From assembly GCA_965153455.1 (NCBI GenBank), contig OZ234493.1, forward strand, positions 34,400,213 through 34,464,212: a stretch of 64,000 nt of DNA, read 5' to 3'. The translations under genes were made by a program, and so were the position numbers. Under the pieces are notes generated by a model, which saw only the letters and a list, made by a program, of their open reading frames with translations, was not told the origin of the DNA and ran no database searches. Positions 1 to 11,578 of the stretch are shown here, one piece after another (position 1 is the stretch's first letter; each line of letters opens with the position of its first letter). The stretch comes from Sphagnum compactum (lineage: Eukaryota).

Positions 1-790
1 TTCCTCTTTCCAAGGTGATGTGTTTATAAATTTCCAAGTCTTGATCAATTGTGTTCATCAAAGCATAAATCTTTATTGGATTATTAATTTAAATACAATA
101 GCAAATTATTTGGCATTTGAATTTGTTGGGTAACATATTTGTGTCACATTTGTAATTCAAATGGGGGCATATGGTTTTGTTACAAAACCTATATATGCAA
201 AGGTGATGGCATTTGTGAAAAGGTAATGTGAAGAAGCTAGTGGTTAGTTTAGTACATAAATTGCAAGGCCAATTCCTAGCCCAAAACGTGATGGATGTGT
301 TTGGTATCATGAACCCACAATATTGGCTACAACTTAAGTTTGGAACAAGGATTGTTGCTATTTGGTAGTGTTCAAAGATGCCTTTTACCAACTTAAGAAG
401 ATAAGACCTAATGAGTTATGGGTTCTAGGACTATTTTTAGATGTTGCTATAAAGATTTTTGTTTGTCATTACCATGAAGAACAATTCAAAGTTGGCAATG
501 CAAAAACCTTTTGATGTGAACCCACTTACCAAACAAAGGAGAACTTTTTTCCTCATTAGGGATTATTGTTAAAAAAGTTTGGAGTACATCAAGTTGGCTA
601 AACTTGTTATTGTGCAAGTTATTGGTTCAATTGAAGATGAACATTATTTTTCTACACTCACATTCATGAAGACTAAATTATGAACATGCATTTTAACTAG
701 GCATTTGGAGCTAGTCATTGGGATGTTTAATTAAAAGTTTTTCACCTTGCAAGGCTTTCCTTTTGGAGTAGTGATTTAAAGTTGGAAAAT
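1..790 (+). mobile_element. Degraded hAT-type transposase C-terminal (dimerization domain) remnant
   Basis: About 590-730 translates to KLAKLVIVQVIGSIEDEHYFSTLTFMKTKL* and, after a frameshift, HLELVIGMFN. This resembles the hAT dimerization motif S-x-x-x-ER-x-FS-x6-K-x3-RNRL. Stops and frameshifts present; boundaries approximate. Confidence 0.55.
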
Positions 791-2479
791 TAATAGAACA
801 TGGTACAAAATTTGAAGATTGTCCAAGTTTCACATTTTTCTCTTTTAAAACATGATTTCTTAGGCTTGATTTAAATTTATTTTTTTTCACAATTTGGTTG
901 GATATTGGAATGTTTGGGAAAGTTGGAAGTTGGATTTGTACATGTTGCAATTTGCTTTACTTCTTTATGGGCCCACCAAAATTTTGACTTGGTGGGGTCC
1001 TTAACCTTGTTGTAAAAATATATCAAGTTTGTGTACGAAGTTCTTGTTATTCAAAATTGGCTTTTACAATCAAGAAAATAGTTAAAAAAAAATTAAAGGC
1101 CTTTTGCACATTATCTAACACATCAATTGCACATTTTCAAAAGTCTTTAATTCACACCAAAACTTAAAATTGAACTAGATGATTTATTACTCAAATTCCC
1201 TAATAGTCATATTAATCATTTAACACAACTTGTCATGATTATCATGATTATGATCAAATGACAATACATTAATATATTCATAATTGTTTGTAATTTCTAT
1301 TAAGATCTAACACAATTTTTGACTCCTTTGATTATGATCACAAAATGTGCATTCCACCTTCATCAAACAACATATAAGTTTTTATATACTTTACTTGGAT
1401 CTGTTTTTATGTTCTTAGTTATTTTATTTATTCTTTTAAAATAGGAAGCATTGATTTATAAATATTGACCATGTAATTTAATGAACATAAACAAATTATT
1501 AAAGTTTTCAATTTTGTATCATTGATTCACGTATTTTGACAGATCAAAATTTACCATTATTATTAAAAATGTTAATGTAGATTCATATTTTATATTTTTT
1601 GATGTTCACATTTGCAAATGGGAATTCAATGATTGAAGGATTGCAATGTACAACCTTTTTTCAAAATTGTGGATTGGAAGTAACTTTCCTCTTCTTACAC
1701 ATGACCATGAACAACTTATCGATCACTTCTCCATCATTTGAGAAATGTAAAAATTTAGAAGACAATTTGAAGAAGTAGGATTTCATAAATGGGATAAATT
1801 TAGTATGTAAAAGTGATCCCAAAGGAAAAAAAGTTCCTTATGTGGAACATTACCCCCAAGTCGAACCAAAACACAATTAAATTTATTTAAAATAAAGATG
1901 TATCATTAAATTCCATGCTTTTTGTTGTAAAAAGATATTATTCAACATTAATTCAAAGATATTTTCCAACTATGATGTTTGAATTGTTAGAAACTAAAAC
2001 TTAGAAAAATTATTACACGTTTATTTATTATTTATAACATGATGTCACCATAAAATTGTAACATGTTAAAAAAAAGTGTGAAGCCAAATTTGAATCATAT
2101 TCTTTGGCCAAGTAATTACATCCAATACCATTTTTGAAGCATTTGCAACTTCACAACATGAAGTTGACAAATTTTGAAAAAGCTACAATGGAAAGTTCCA
2201 ATTTTATAGTGTATAGTCATTAATAACTACATCAAATTCAATGTTCCCAATCTCATTATAACCCCTAAAACAAATAAATTATGTTGTCAAAGCTTTGGAT
2301 TTTTTTGTTAGACAAACTTAAACTATTGATAAACTAAAAATATATTCATCTAGAAAAGAAGAAAAACCTTATAAATAAAAATCAAGGATGGGAACCCATC
2401 TAACAAAAGTACAAGGCAAATGAGAACACAAGTAGACATAACCAAAAGAAAAAATAAAAGCAAACAATAAACAAAAATC

Positions 2480-2900
2480 AAGTAAAGACCTTATGCAAAG
2501 CAGACTCATGACTATGAAATGACAATCAATGATAACAAAGAAGACCTAGGAAGAGAGAGTTGTCATTTGCCACAAACTAGTTAGTGATGGAGGTGCACTA
2601 ACTATGATGTGTGGAAGAAATGAGAAATTTTTACCAAGTGCAACAACCCTTTGAAGAATTGCTACGGCTTGTGCACACCTTAGAGCTATGGATACGTGTT
2701 GTCAATAGTAAAAAACAAGCATTGAAGGAACTAAAAAAAACCGCTAATGACGTGCAATAGTGGTATGTGCACAAGTGGTCAAAAATGAATCAAAGCGAGA
2801 ATGAAGACACCCATAAGTCTCAATAGCAAGGGGAATAAAATCATCACCTAGTGCTCGCTCAACGTATGATCGTGTCTTCTGCTGAGCAACCAAACTCTCA
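2480..2900 (-). mobile_element. 3' remnant of a CRE-like non-LTR retrotransposon (restriction-like endonuclease C-terminus)
   Basis: Translates to AQQKTRSYVERALGDDFIPLAIETYGCLHSRFDSFL, then RVSIALR..QAVAILQRVVALG after disruptions. K-x2-(K/S)Y...F-x-P-x-x-x-ET-x-G is typical of RLE-bearing non-LTR elements. Confidence 0.6.
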
Positions 2901-5676
2901 TAATTGTCACTTGTCACCTCACATCTTTCATGAAGTTTAATAAACTTTCTCAAGAAACATCAAATACCCAAAGGAACATTCAAATACTAGCATCATCTTA
3001 TGAACCTTATGGATAAATGTTTGGTTATGGATTGATAGCTTAAATTTATATAGTTTAACAACCATTAATATGCTCAAAATTTCATCTCACTTAAATGTAA
3101 TTCAATGACATGAATTCTAATATGTAAATTTGATGTTGTTAGCTTTTCGAAATGAATTATATTTGTGTTGTTGAATCATTTATTATTAATCAAAAAACTT
3201 GAAAATGCTTTCCCTTATTTTTTGCAAAATCTTCCATGCAACTTTTTGTGCAAGTATGGCCATATATTTTCAATAGTGGGGAGGTTTGTTTCACATGGGT
3301 ACAGAAAGTCAATTTGTGCACCTTCTATCATGGATGACAAAGGATGAAAGCTTGTGATTTCCATAGAACTAAATATCAAAAATTTGATTTATGAATAATG
3401 TATCCCCACCAAAAGTAAGTATTGATTACCTTCAAGAAGTTTAAATTTTCTTTTTTTAAAATAAAACATTTATTCCAAGTTCTCAATTTTTTTGTTAATT
3501 GTCCCTATGGAAAGCAAAGTTGTAGCAATAACACCTAAGAAAAGAACACAACAAGACCTTGTACACACCTAATAGACTACCACCCAATATGAAACTTTTT
3601 AAAAGGTCAGTCTATGTACAATTTGGGATGACAATAGACATCTACAATTCTTTCCAAGAAAATAGACCCAAAGATCATAGATAAATTTTAACCAAATTGT
3701 TCAACTTATAAATTTCATAGTATTTTGCCATGGGTTAAATTAATTTTCTTGAAATTTCCTCATATTCCTCCATATTGGCTCCTCTGTGCATTAGAGAGGG
3801 GATTTTCTTTTTCGTTCAGAATTAGGTTTATAGTTTAAGGTTTTCATCTAAAACCATGTAAATCTCTACTATGGCTTTTCGCTAGGACGTTACATGTACA
3901 ATATAGCCCAACATGCTTTCAGACTTCGAACCCATGAAGGATATTTATGAAATAAACTTTTCAATACAAAGGTGGATTGAATAAATTGAAGCCTTACACA
4001 CATACACACCCAACCTTTTGAACACACCATGAGTTCATTAGGTGCATTATAATTTGCATATAAGACAATAAAGCTTTAAGGAGAAAATTCAAACCTAATG
4101 CCTTTCAAACATTCCCTTCAAATATTGGAACAATGAATATAGCGAACAATTAATCCCCCCCCGCCCCCCACTTTTCATTTAGGTTTGATCAACATTTAGC
4201 ACGCATCAACAATATATATTATCTTGTGACCAATTGAATTATATGCCACCTATTAGTAGACTTGTAAAATATTCATCTTTCTCGTGGATGAACTTTTGTA
4301 TTGTTTGGCATTCCCTCTCCCTAAAATCTAGCATGTTTGGCAACTATGAAGTCAACCAAATTGACTTCCATCCATGCCTTTAATGCTATTCTCACTTGAA
4401 ATCACTAATTTAACATTTATTTAGTTATGAAATTATTCAGATAATGTTTGGGTGAATCCCACATGCATCCTTATGATAATGTCACAGGTTCCAATCCAAG
4501 GGCACAAATTCCCCCCTACCTTGCCATGGTGAACATGTTCACACAATCTTCACCATATTTAACAACTATTAACACCTACAAACTCCCACCATTTTTATCA
4601 ATTTTTGATGTCCTGTCACATTTCCAAACATGTTTTGACCTGTTGATGCTTTGGCTTCTCCAAATTGCCCAAATTGTGCAATTGATAGTTGCATGAGAAA
4701 TGGATTTGGTACAACATTTGTCTTTTGATGGCAAGTGTAGACGAAAGTGGACATCTTTTGTTTGAATAGGTAACTATCTTGTATCTTCCCTTCAAGTGTT
4801 GGTTGCAAGGTTGGCATGAGAAAGATTCTTCCGGACTGATAATGGAGAAAGTGCTGAAAACATATGCAGCAAGAGTACAAAGGTTGAATGGTTTACAATG
4901 GTTCAGGAACAGAGCAGTACCTCAGTCTTGTCTTTCCATCACCATTCGTGACACTTAACAGCTGAGCATAGAGCTGAGGGTTACATTTGCTGATTCCGGA
5001 CTGAAAGGCAGAACATTTGATCATAACAAATGCAGGTTATCAGATTGTAGTACCAGGACATCTAAAAGCACAAAACATTTACCTCCATGTAGACATCTTA
5101 GCAAAAATGCAATTTCAAACATTGAACCAAGAGCATCATCCACCTAAGACCTTGCACAGTACAATCAGGAGGTGCCAAGGCATTCAAATTATTTCCTTTC
5201 TGGGGACTGATATTGATAAACCTTCAGGATCAGAATTTCTAGAACAAGAATAACTGCACTGAGGATTCCTGCTTTTGCCCTTTCAGATAAAGGTGTCAGA
5301 TACAAGACCTTGGCTGGCCTTGATGACGAAAAGTCACTTGTATCTGCTATCTGACTGAACCAAATCTAGATGATGCAGAACAAGTGCTACTAAAACACCT
5401 TCGTTAGCATCTGCATCACAGTTCGACTTCACCAGTATTCAATGCTGTCTTAACAAGAGTGTGGAATCTGCGCCCATGACTGGCACTTTAATAGAAGCAG
5501 GACGACCTTGACTAGTGTGAACTACATGGCAACTCACAAAGGAATTCCACCAAACTTACCACAGCTGGCTGAAGTCCACTATTCACAAGGGAAACATGCA
5601 GGCAATGTTACCATCCAAAGCAAAGCACTGTAGCTGCGCTGGACAACTATACCTGACATTCTCTCTATACAGGCCA

Positions 5677-8600
5677 TCAGGCCAAATAGCGGTACAGTTT
5701 TCTGTCTACACTGTCCCTTTCCAGGAATTCCCTCTCAATTAAGGATTCAATTCGTTTCTTGATCACAGCAGGATTAGGAAGAAAGCGAGCTTGTAGTTGC
5801 TTTGTCACCTCACTGATGATATTATTGTGATCCAAAAGCCGTCTGGCCTTCATAATTCTGACAATAGCAGCCTCAATCTGTGGCTTCCTATCTTCCTCCA
5901 CCTTCTGGCGTGTTTCCTGTTTCTCAGGTTCACTCTCCTTCTGTGCAACGACAGTACTAATCTTCACCTTGTAGAACTTGCTCGAAAACTTGTCATTAAC
6001 CAAAAACACATCATCCTCACTGATGTCCTTGCTCATAGGTTCCTTACGCAAGACATTTTTACCCTTCACGCATGCCAAAGACTGCAGACTTCTCTGTAGA
6101 TCTGATGCAGGTATGTCTGTTGCCTGCTCAATTTCTCTGTACATCAGGCGATCTGCTTTGTTGAACAGACAAAGAATGCACATTTGGTATGTGGACACAT
6201 TGAGCTCATGTTTATTTCCATTTCCAAATGTGGCCTTCAAGTCTGCCGTACCCATGTTGGTTTGCCATGTTAATCGCCGACCTGTGTGAGTAGATAAGTA
6301 ATACAGCTTGAACTTGTCACACATGAAAATAATCTCTGTTGGCAGGTTGCACCTTGCACCAGACTGTGTTGGCCATGATCCTGTTGTGAGCACTTGCACT
6401 GCAAGAGTTGGCCCTTCATTGGTTTCACTTCCTGCCAGTGTTGCATTGAAACCCTGCATTGTATCTCGTGAAGTCTTCATATCTGTGAACATACCTTCCA
6501 GCTTTGATGTGAACTGATAGCCACATTCAGTCTTCAGCTTCACAATGAGACTGCGCTCTGCATCATCTGACACAGTTCTGCCTGACAACAGGCGTTTTGC
6601 CAGGTGCTGCTTATAGTACTTCTCAAAGACATCCTTCTCTTGCAAGTAGCGAAACAGCATCATCACCTTATCAAGCACTGACTCCACATCCTCTTCACTC
6701 ACCCCTTTCAAACCCTTCCTTAGCTTGTCATCCACAAAGAGTGAGATGAACTCTGGTGACCTAACATTGAGATTGATGAAATACTCAAATGATGAATTCA
6801 GTGCATTTTGGAATGTCTTGTCATTGCCAAATGAAAGCTGGATAACCTTGTCATACTTGTCCTTCTCGTCAAGCAACCGTTGCACAAACTCAACAGGATC
6901 TTTCAATCTCTCTGGGTCCAGAACAAGCTGCCTTCCAGTGTCCCGCAAATGAGCTGTCATGAGGTCACGGATTGTCTGCAGGCCTGTTGACACCCGGCGG
7001 AACATATTGTACATGCGTCCCAAATCATCATACTTGTCATCAATGAGCATGGACACCAACCCTGAATTCTCCATCTCAACCAAAAGCTTCATGCGGTTCC
7101 CAATGACCTCCTTCTCAACTACAGCGGTAATTTTTGGCTCACTTTTTGCATCTAAATAGTGAGTTACCCTGTCTATCTCCTCATTGAGCCTTTTCTCTGC
7201 CTTCCTCAAATAATCAGCACAGTCACATGTTTCCACGAACTGTTGCGACTCCACCCTGTAGAAGTCTGATGCAGCATCCAGAAATGGTCTCTCAAAGTCT
7301 TCCTGATAAACTGTTGGACCCAGATCAACCAGCATCTTTGTAATGTTCCGCATTAGGCCTCTATTGATCACCTCCCCTGTTCGCTCTCTGTGCACAAGGT
7401 CTAGTAGCGTATGCAGCAATCGATCCCTTATCCTTGGAGACCTCACAATGTTATCTCGCCACAAATTGAGGCCAAGTTCATGGACAGGGGTCTTATTGAA
7501 ATTGTTCACATATGTTCTGTCCATGTACATGAGAATATCTCGGATCATCTGCAGCGACTTATTGTGCTCACGCCACTTGGAGTTGAGCTCCTCCAGAAAC
7601 AGTCCTCCTTGGGCAGCCTCTACAGTCCTTGCAATCTCACGCATGTGCTGTGTCATTGTGTTCACAAGCCCTGAATACAGCTTCTCACCATACTTGTGGA
7701 GCACCATGTTGTAGGCATTCCTGCATAACAAACTGATATTCTTAGACCAAAAATGGCAGACTTCTATGCTGCAAGTTACCCTTCATTCTATACAATGTCT
7801 ACACAAGAAAGTAGCACATTATTCATTCATGCCTCTTTAGGCAAATACATGTGTTTACCAACCAAACAGACAAGGCACACATCTGATGGCCAAAAAGGGC
7901 TAATAATTCCCACAATCAAATAAGAATTACAACATACAAAATCCCTCATTCAAGCAAAAATTATCATGCAGTACCCTTGTTGTGACACTTGCCTCCAAAA
8001 AAACCAAGCCAAACCTTTGCTTGTCACATTGAATTTTGCAAACTAGCTTATTCTTCAGTAATCAAAAGCTCTACTGGTAATATCACAATTCCCGCTGGCA
8101 TATATTCAAAACTCACAGAACCAAACCCTATGAAAAAAAGCTATGAGCAGCCAATTATTCTTCCACATAAGAGCACGTCTGCCACCACAAGCACACATTA
8201 CTGCAGAAGAATTGCGAAAATACTAACACAATAATAAGTGAACCTAACAATCTTTCAGCACTAGATTTGCAAACCCTAGATGGGCAATACTGAGACCAGA
8301 TAAAGTCACCTACAACCAAAAGGCCTTACAGCAGTTCCTACAATGGTGCCAACAAGTCCATGAAAGAGATGAGCAGGGATTCAAATCCAACAGGTCATCA
8401 TCAACAACAAAGTCGCCAGCAAAATTTGGCCATTCCAGAAAAAATGACAAGATAAAAACAAGAACATCCAAACAGGTTAGGTCCAGTCCAAAAGAGCAGC
8501 AGCTGAAAAACGGGTAGCGCAGGCAAGAAGGAACAACGGCGTTGATTCCGCCAATATACACACCTAATTGCTAAACAAAAAAGAAGCCTATCTCTCTCTC

Positions 8601-8782
8601 TCTCTCTCTCTCTTCTCATACCTGTAAAGTTCTTCAAAGCTCAAGCCACTGGCATTGTGGTTATAGATTTCGTGAATTGCGTCCTCTAGGATTTTCCACG
8701 TCTTCTCCGCATACTTGGGATCCATCTCCACCTTATGCTTGAACGGCTCTATCTTGAAATTCTTCTTCTTTGCCTGACTCAT
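5677..8782 (-). CDS. CUL3: Cullin-3 (scaffold of BTB-CUL3-RBX1 E3 ubiquitin ligases), about 734 aa; exons 8782-8622 and 7720-5677
   Basis: Exon 1 MSQAKKKNFKIEPFKHKVEMDPKYAEKTWKILEDAIHEIYNHNASGLSFEELY joins through a GT..AG intron (8621-7721, phase 2, AG+G=Arg) to NAYNMVLHKYGEKLY. Contains cullin homology motifs DVFEKYYKQHLAKRLL and VLTTGSWP, the neddylation motif IEAAIVRIMKARR, and the C-terminal KRIESLIEREFLERD..YRYLA. CDS is 2205 nt. Confidence 0.97.
8591..8612. repeat. (TC)11 microsatellite (GA repeat on the coding strand) just inside CUL3 intron 1
   Basis: Directly visible TCTCTC run. Confidence 0.9.
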
Positions 8783-8975
8783 GGTGCTCAACCTTCGGCG
8801 CACAAAAACCACAGATTCCTCCTGTTCCAACACGAGGCTCCCTCCCAAAAGTGAAAAGCCAAACCACAGGACAAACTGCACGCTTGCTCTAGAAATTTTA
8901 CCCTCCTCGCCGCAGCAACCCAGAGGTCAGCAACGACAACCGAGCTCGGTGAAAGAACCCCACGCACAAAACACG

Positions 8976-8984
8976 AAACCCTAA
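8976..8984. promoter_or_regulatory. Telo-box (AAACCCTAA) about 200 nt upstream of the CUL3 ATG
   Basis: Exact match to the plant telo-box motif in the presumed promoter/5' UTR. Function is inferred. Confidence 0.45.
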
Positions 8985-9009
8985 TGCAAGCCCCTTCTCT
9001 CCCACTTCA

Positions 9010-9700
9010 TTCCGTCTTTCCTCAAGCGACTCTCTACACCCCCCACGTCCCAAACCACATTCCAATCCACGTCCCGTCATGACCTGGCGAGATGACACTG
9101 ATATGTCCTATCCATGTCATCATGTGTGAAACCTCTCATTATGGACCCCAACCCAATTTTCATTTCCTTGATCTCTTTTGTGAATGGCTCTCTACATCCA
9201 TGTCCCAAAACACATTCCAATCCATGTATAATCGTGACCTGGCACGATGACAATGCCATGTCCTATCCATGTCATCATTTGTGAAACCTCTCATTATGGA
9301 CCCCAACCCAATTTTCATTTCCTTTATCTCTTTTGTGAATGGCTCTCTACATCCATGTCCCAAAACACATTCCAATCCATGTATAATCGTGACCTGGCAT
9401 GATGACAATGCCATGTCCTATCCATGTCATCATTTGTGAAACCTCCCATTATGGACCCCAACCCAAATTTTCATTTCCTCTATCTCTTTTGTGAATGACT
9501 CTCTACATCCATGTCCCAAACCACATTCCAATCCATGTCCAATTGTGACACGGCAAGATGATAATGACATGTCCTATCCATGACATCATTTGGGAAACCT
9601 CCCAATATCAACTCAACCCAATTTTCATTTCTTGTAGGCACTTTTGGGAATGGATCTCTAACACCCACATCCTAATTCACATTCCAATCCCGATCCCATG
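9010..9700. repeat. Tandem array of about 155-bp units, about 4 copies, abutting the CUL3 promoter
   Basis: CATCCATGTCCCAAAACACATTCCAATCC recurs near 9196, 9351 and 9506, with a variant near 9041. Duplicate spurious ORFs starting at 9259 and 9414 are 155 nt apart. Confidence 0.9.
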
Positions 9701-11578
9701 GAGTTGTGGCATTCAAATATGTATCCATGTCATCAATATCAAACACCCCAATGCTTCTTCTTTGTCCTCTCAAATTATTATGTGTTCACATTTTACACAT
9801 CTTGCGATGACTTGGTGCGATGATATTTGCATGTCTTAACTATTACATGCATGATAATTATGAAGATGAATGACGAAAGATAAGACTTAAGTTTGAATCC
9901 AAACACAAAACATAAAAATTCAAAACAAAATCATAAGAAGTTAAAATCAAGAATATAAATTATACAAAATAAAAGTGTAAACAATATTTAAAAAACATAA
10001 TAAAAATAATTTTAAAAAACTTACTTTTATTTATACCTTTTTAAAGATTTAACTCAAAGAAGTTTCTATGAAAGTTTTCATATGCTCATCAACCAAAAAT
10101 TTAATTTAATTTTTTGAAATTATAAGTTAATTATAAGTTAATTAAGACTTAACAAATTAATTAAAAATAAACTAAAAGAATTTAAGAGTGAACTAATAAT
10201 TAATTAAAAAATGATCTAAAAATTAAATTGAGAGTTAATTATAAATTATGAAAAGTGAATTGAAAGTTAGTTATAAATCATTTACAAGTGAACTAAAAGT
10301 TAACTAAAAGTTATCTTAAATGAATTGAAAGTTAATTATAAATTGTTTAAAAATAAATTTAAAGCTAACTATAAATTATTTGAGAATGACTTACAAATTA
10401 ACTATAAATGAATTACAAGTACAAATGAACCATGAATGAATTACAAAATCATAGATGAAAATTCATATGAATAAACTCCATTCATCATGGAACTATGTCC
10501 AATATTAATGTCCATAACACTAACAATGTCATCATTTGTAAAAGCTCCCCTTGTCATTAACCTAATCCGCAATGACATCTTGATCCAAATGGTCACACAA
10601 TCTAAATGACCAAATCCACATGCCATGATCTCAAGTGCATAATTTCAAACCACATGAGAACAACACCCAAATGCTGATGCTTAACTATTGGGTAACCTTT
10701 TTTGTTGCACAAGGATGAGAAGAGTCAATGGATCAACAAAGAAGACACTAAAAACCTTGCCTCATGGAAATTTGCAAATACTTCTACCATTTGCGTTTTT
10801 GTTTAGTATTTATCACGCATGCTTTTACCAATGAAATGATGTCATTTGGGCGGGCAAGGAATTTTGAAGAGTTGGGAAACTCAAAAAGCTACAATTTACT
10901 CAAACTTGTTTCAACATTTGGCTTAATGAACATCGGAGGTCATTTTCATCCTTTGTTGCACCAAGTGGCTTCCACATGTTCTAATGAGCTCCTTTTAACT
11001 CATGAACTTCAGTCTTCAATGTCCCACATCTCCTGCTTAATGGTGAGTTTTGAAGGAGAAAGATAAGTGAAGAAAGATGTTACTAAGATTATCATAGATT
11101 TGCTATTTCATTACTAAGATAAAGCAATGAAAACCAGAGTGGAAGCTTGGTAATTTCAAACCTGTAGGCATAACAGGTGGCTATTATCGAAAGAAGTAAT
11201 GGAGGAAATTGAGGAATCTGAATGTATATTGCACATTTATGATGCTTGAGTTTTCTGAGGCAAAAGCACTCATCTGAATGTATGTTGCACATATGTGATG
11301 CTACTTGATAGTTGAAGGGGTTTCTGGGTCTTGTGGGTGTTAGAAAACCGGAGCCACAAGTACTACTCTTTAGGGGCTACAAGCATAAGAGAATATGTTG
11401 AGTTTATGGAGGATTCTGATCTTGCAATCAACTTCAACCCTTGAGAATATGTTGATTCTGCAAAACATTATGATCCACAATTGAACTTCAGCAATTTCAG
11501 AGCAAAGGTTACGGTCTTGTAATTTGGTATGCATCAAATTCTGATGGTTCAAGAAATATGAAGTCACCTTTCATTGAG

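Noticed and set aside
5797-7714. Several plus-strand ORFs overlapping CUL3
   Set aside because: Antisense shadows of the long CUL3 exon with no recognisable motifs.
9010-9700. CRISPR-like array or repeated small ORFs
   Set aside because: Units are contiguous 155-bp tandem copies with no unique spacers, in a eukaryotic context.
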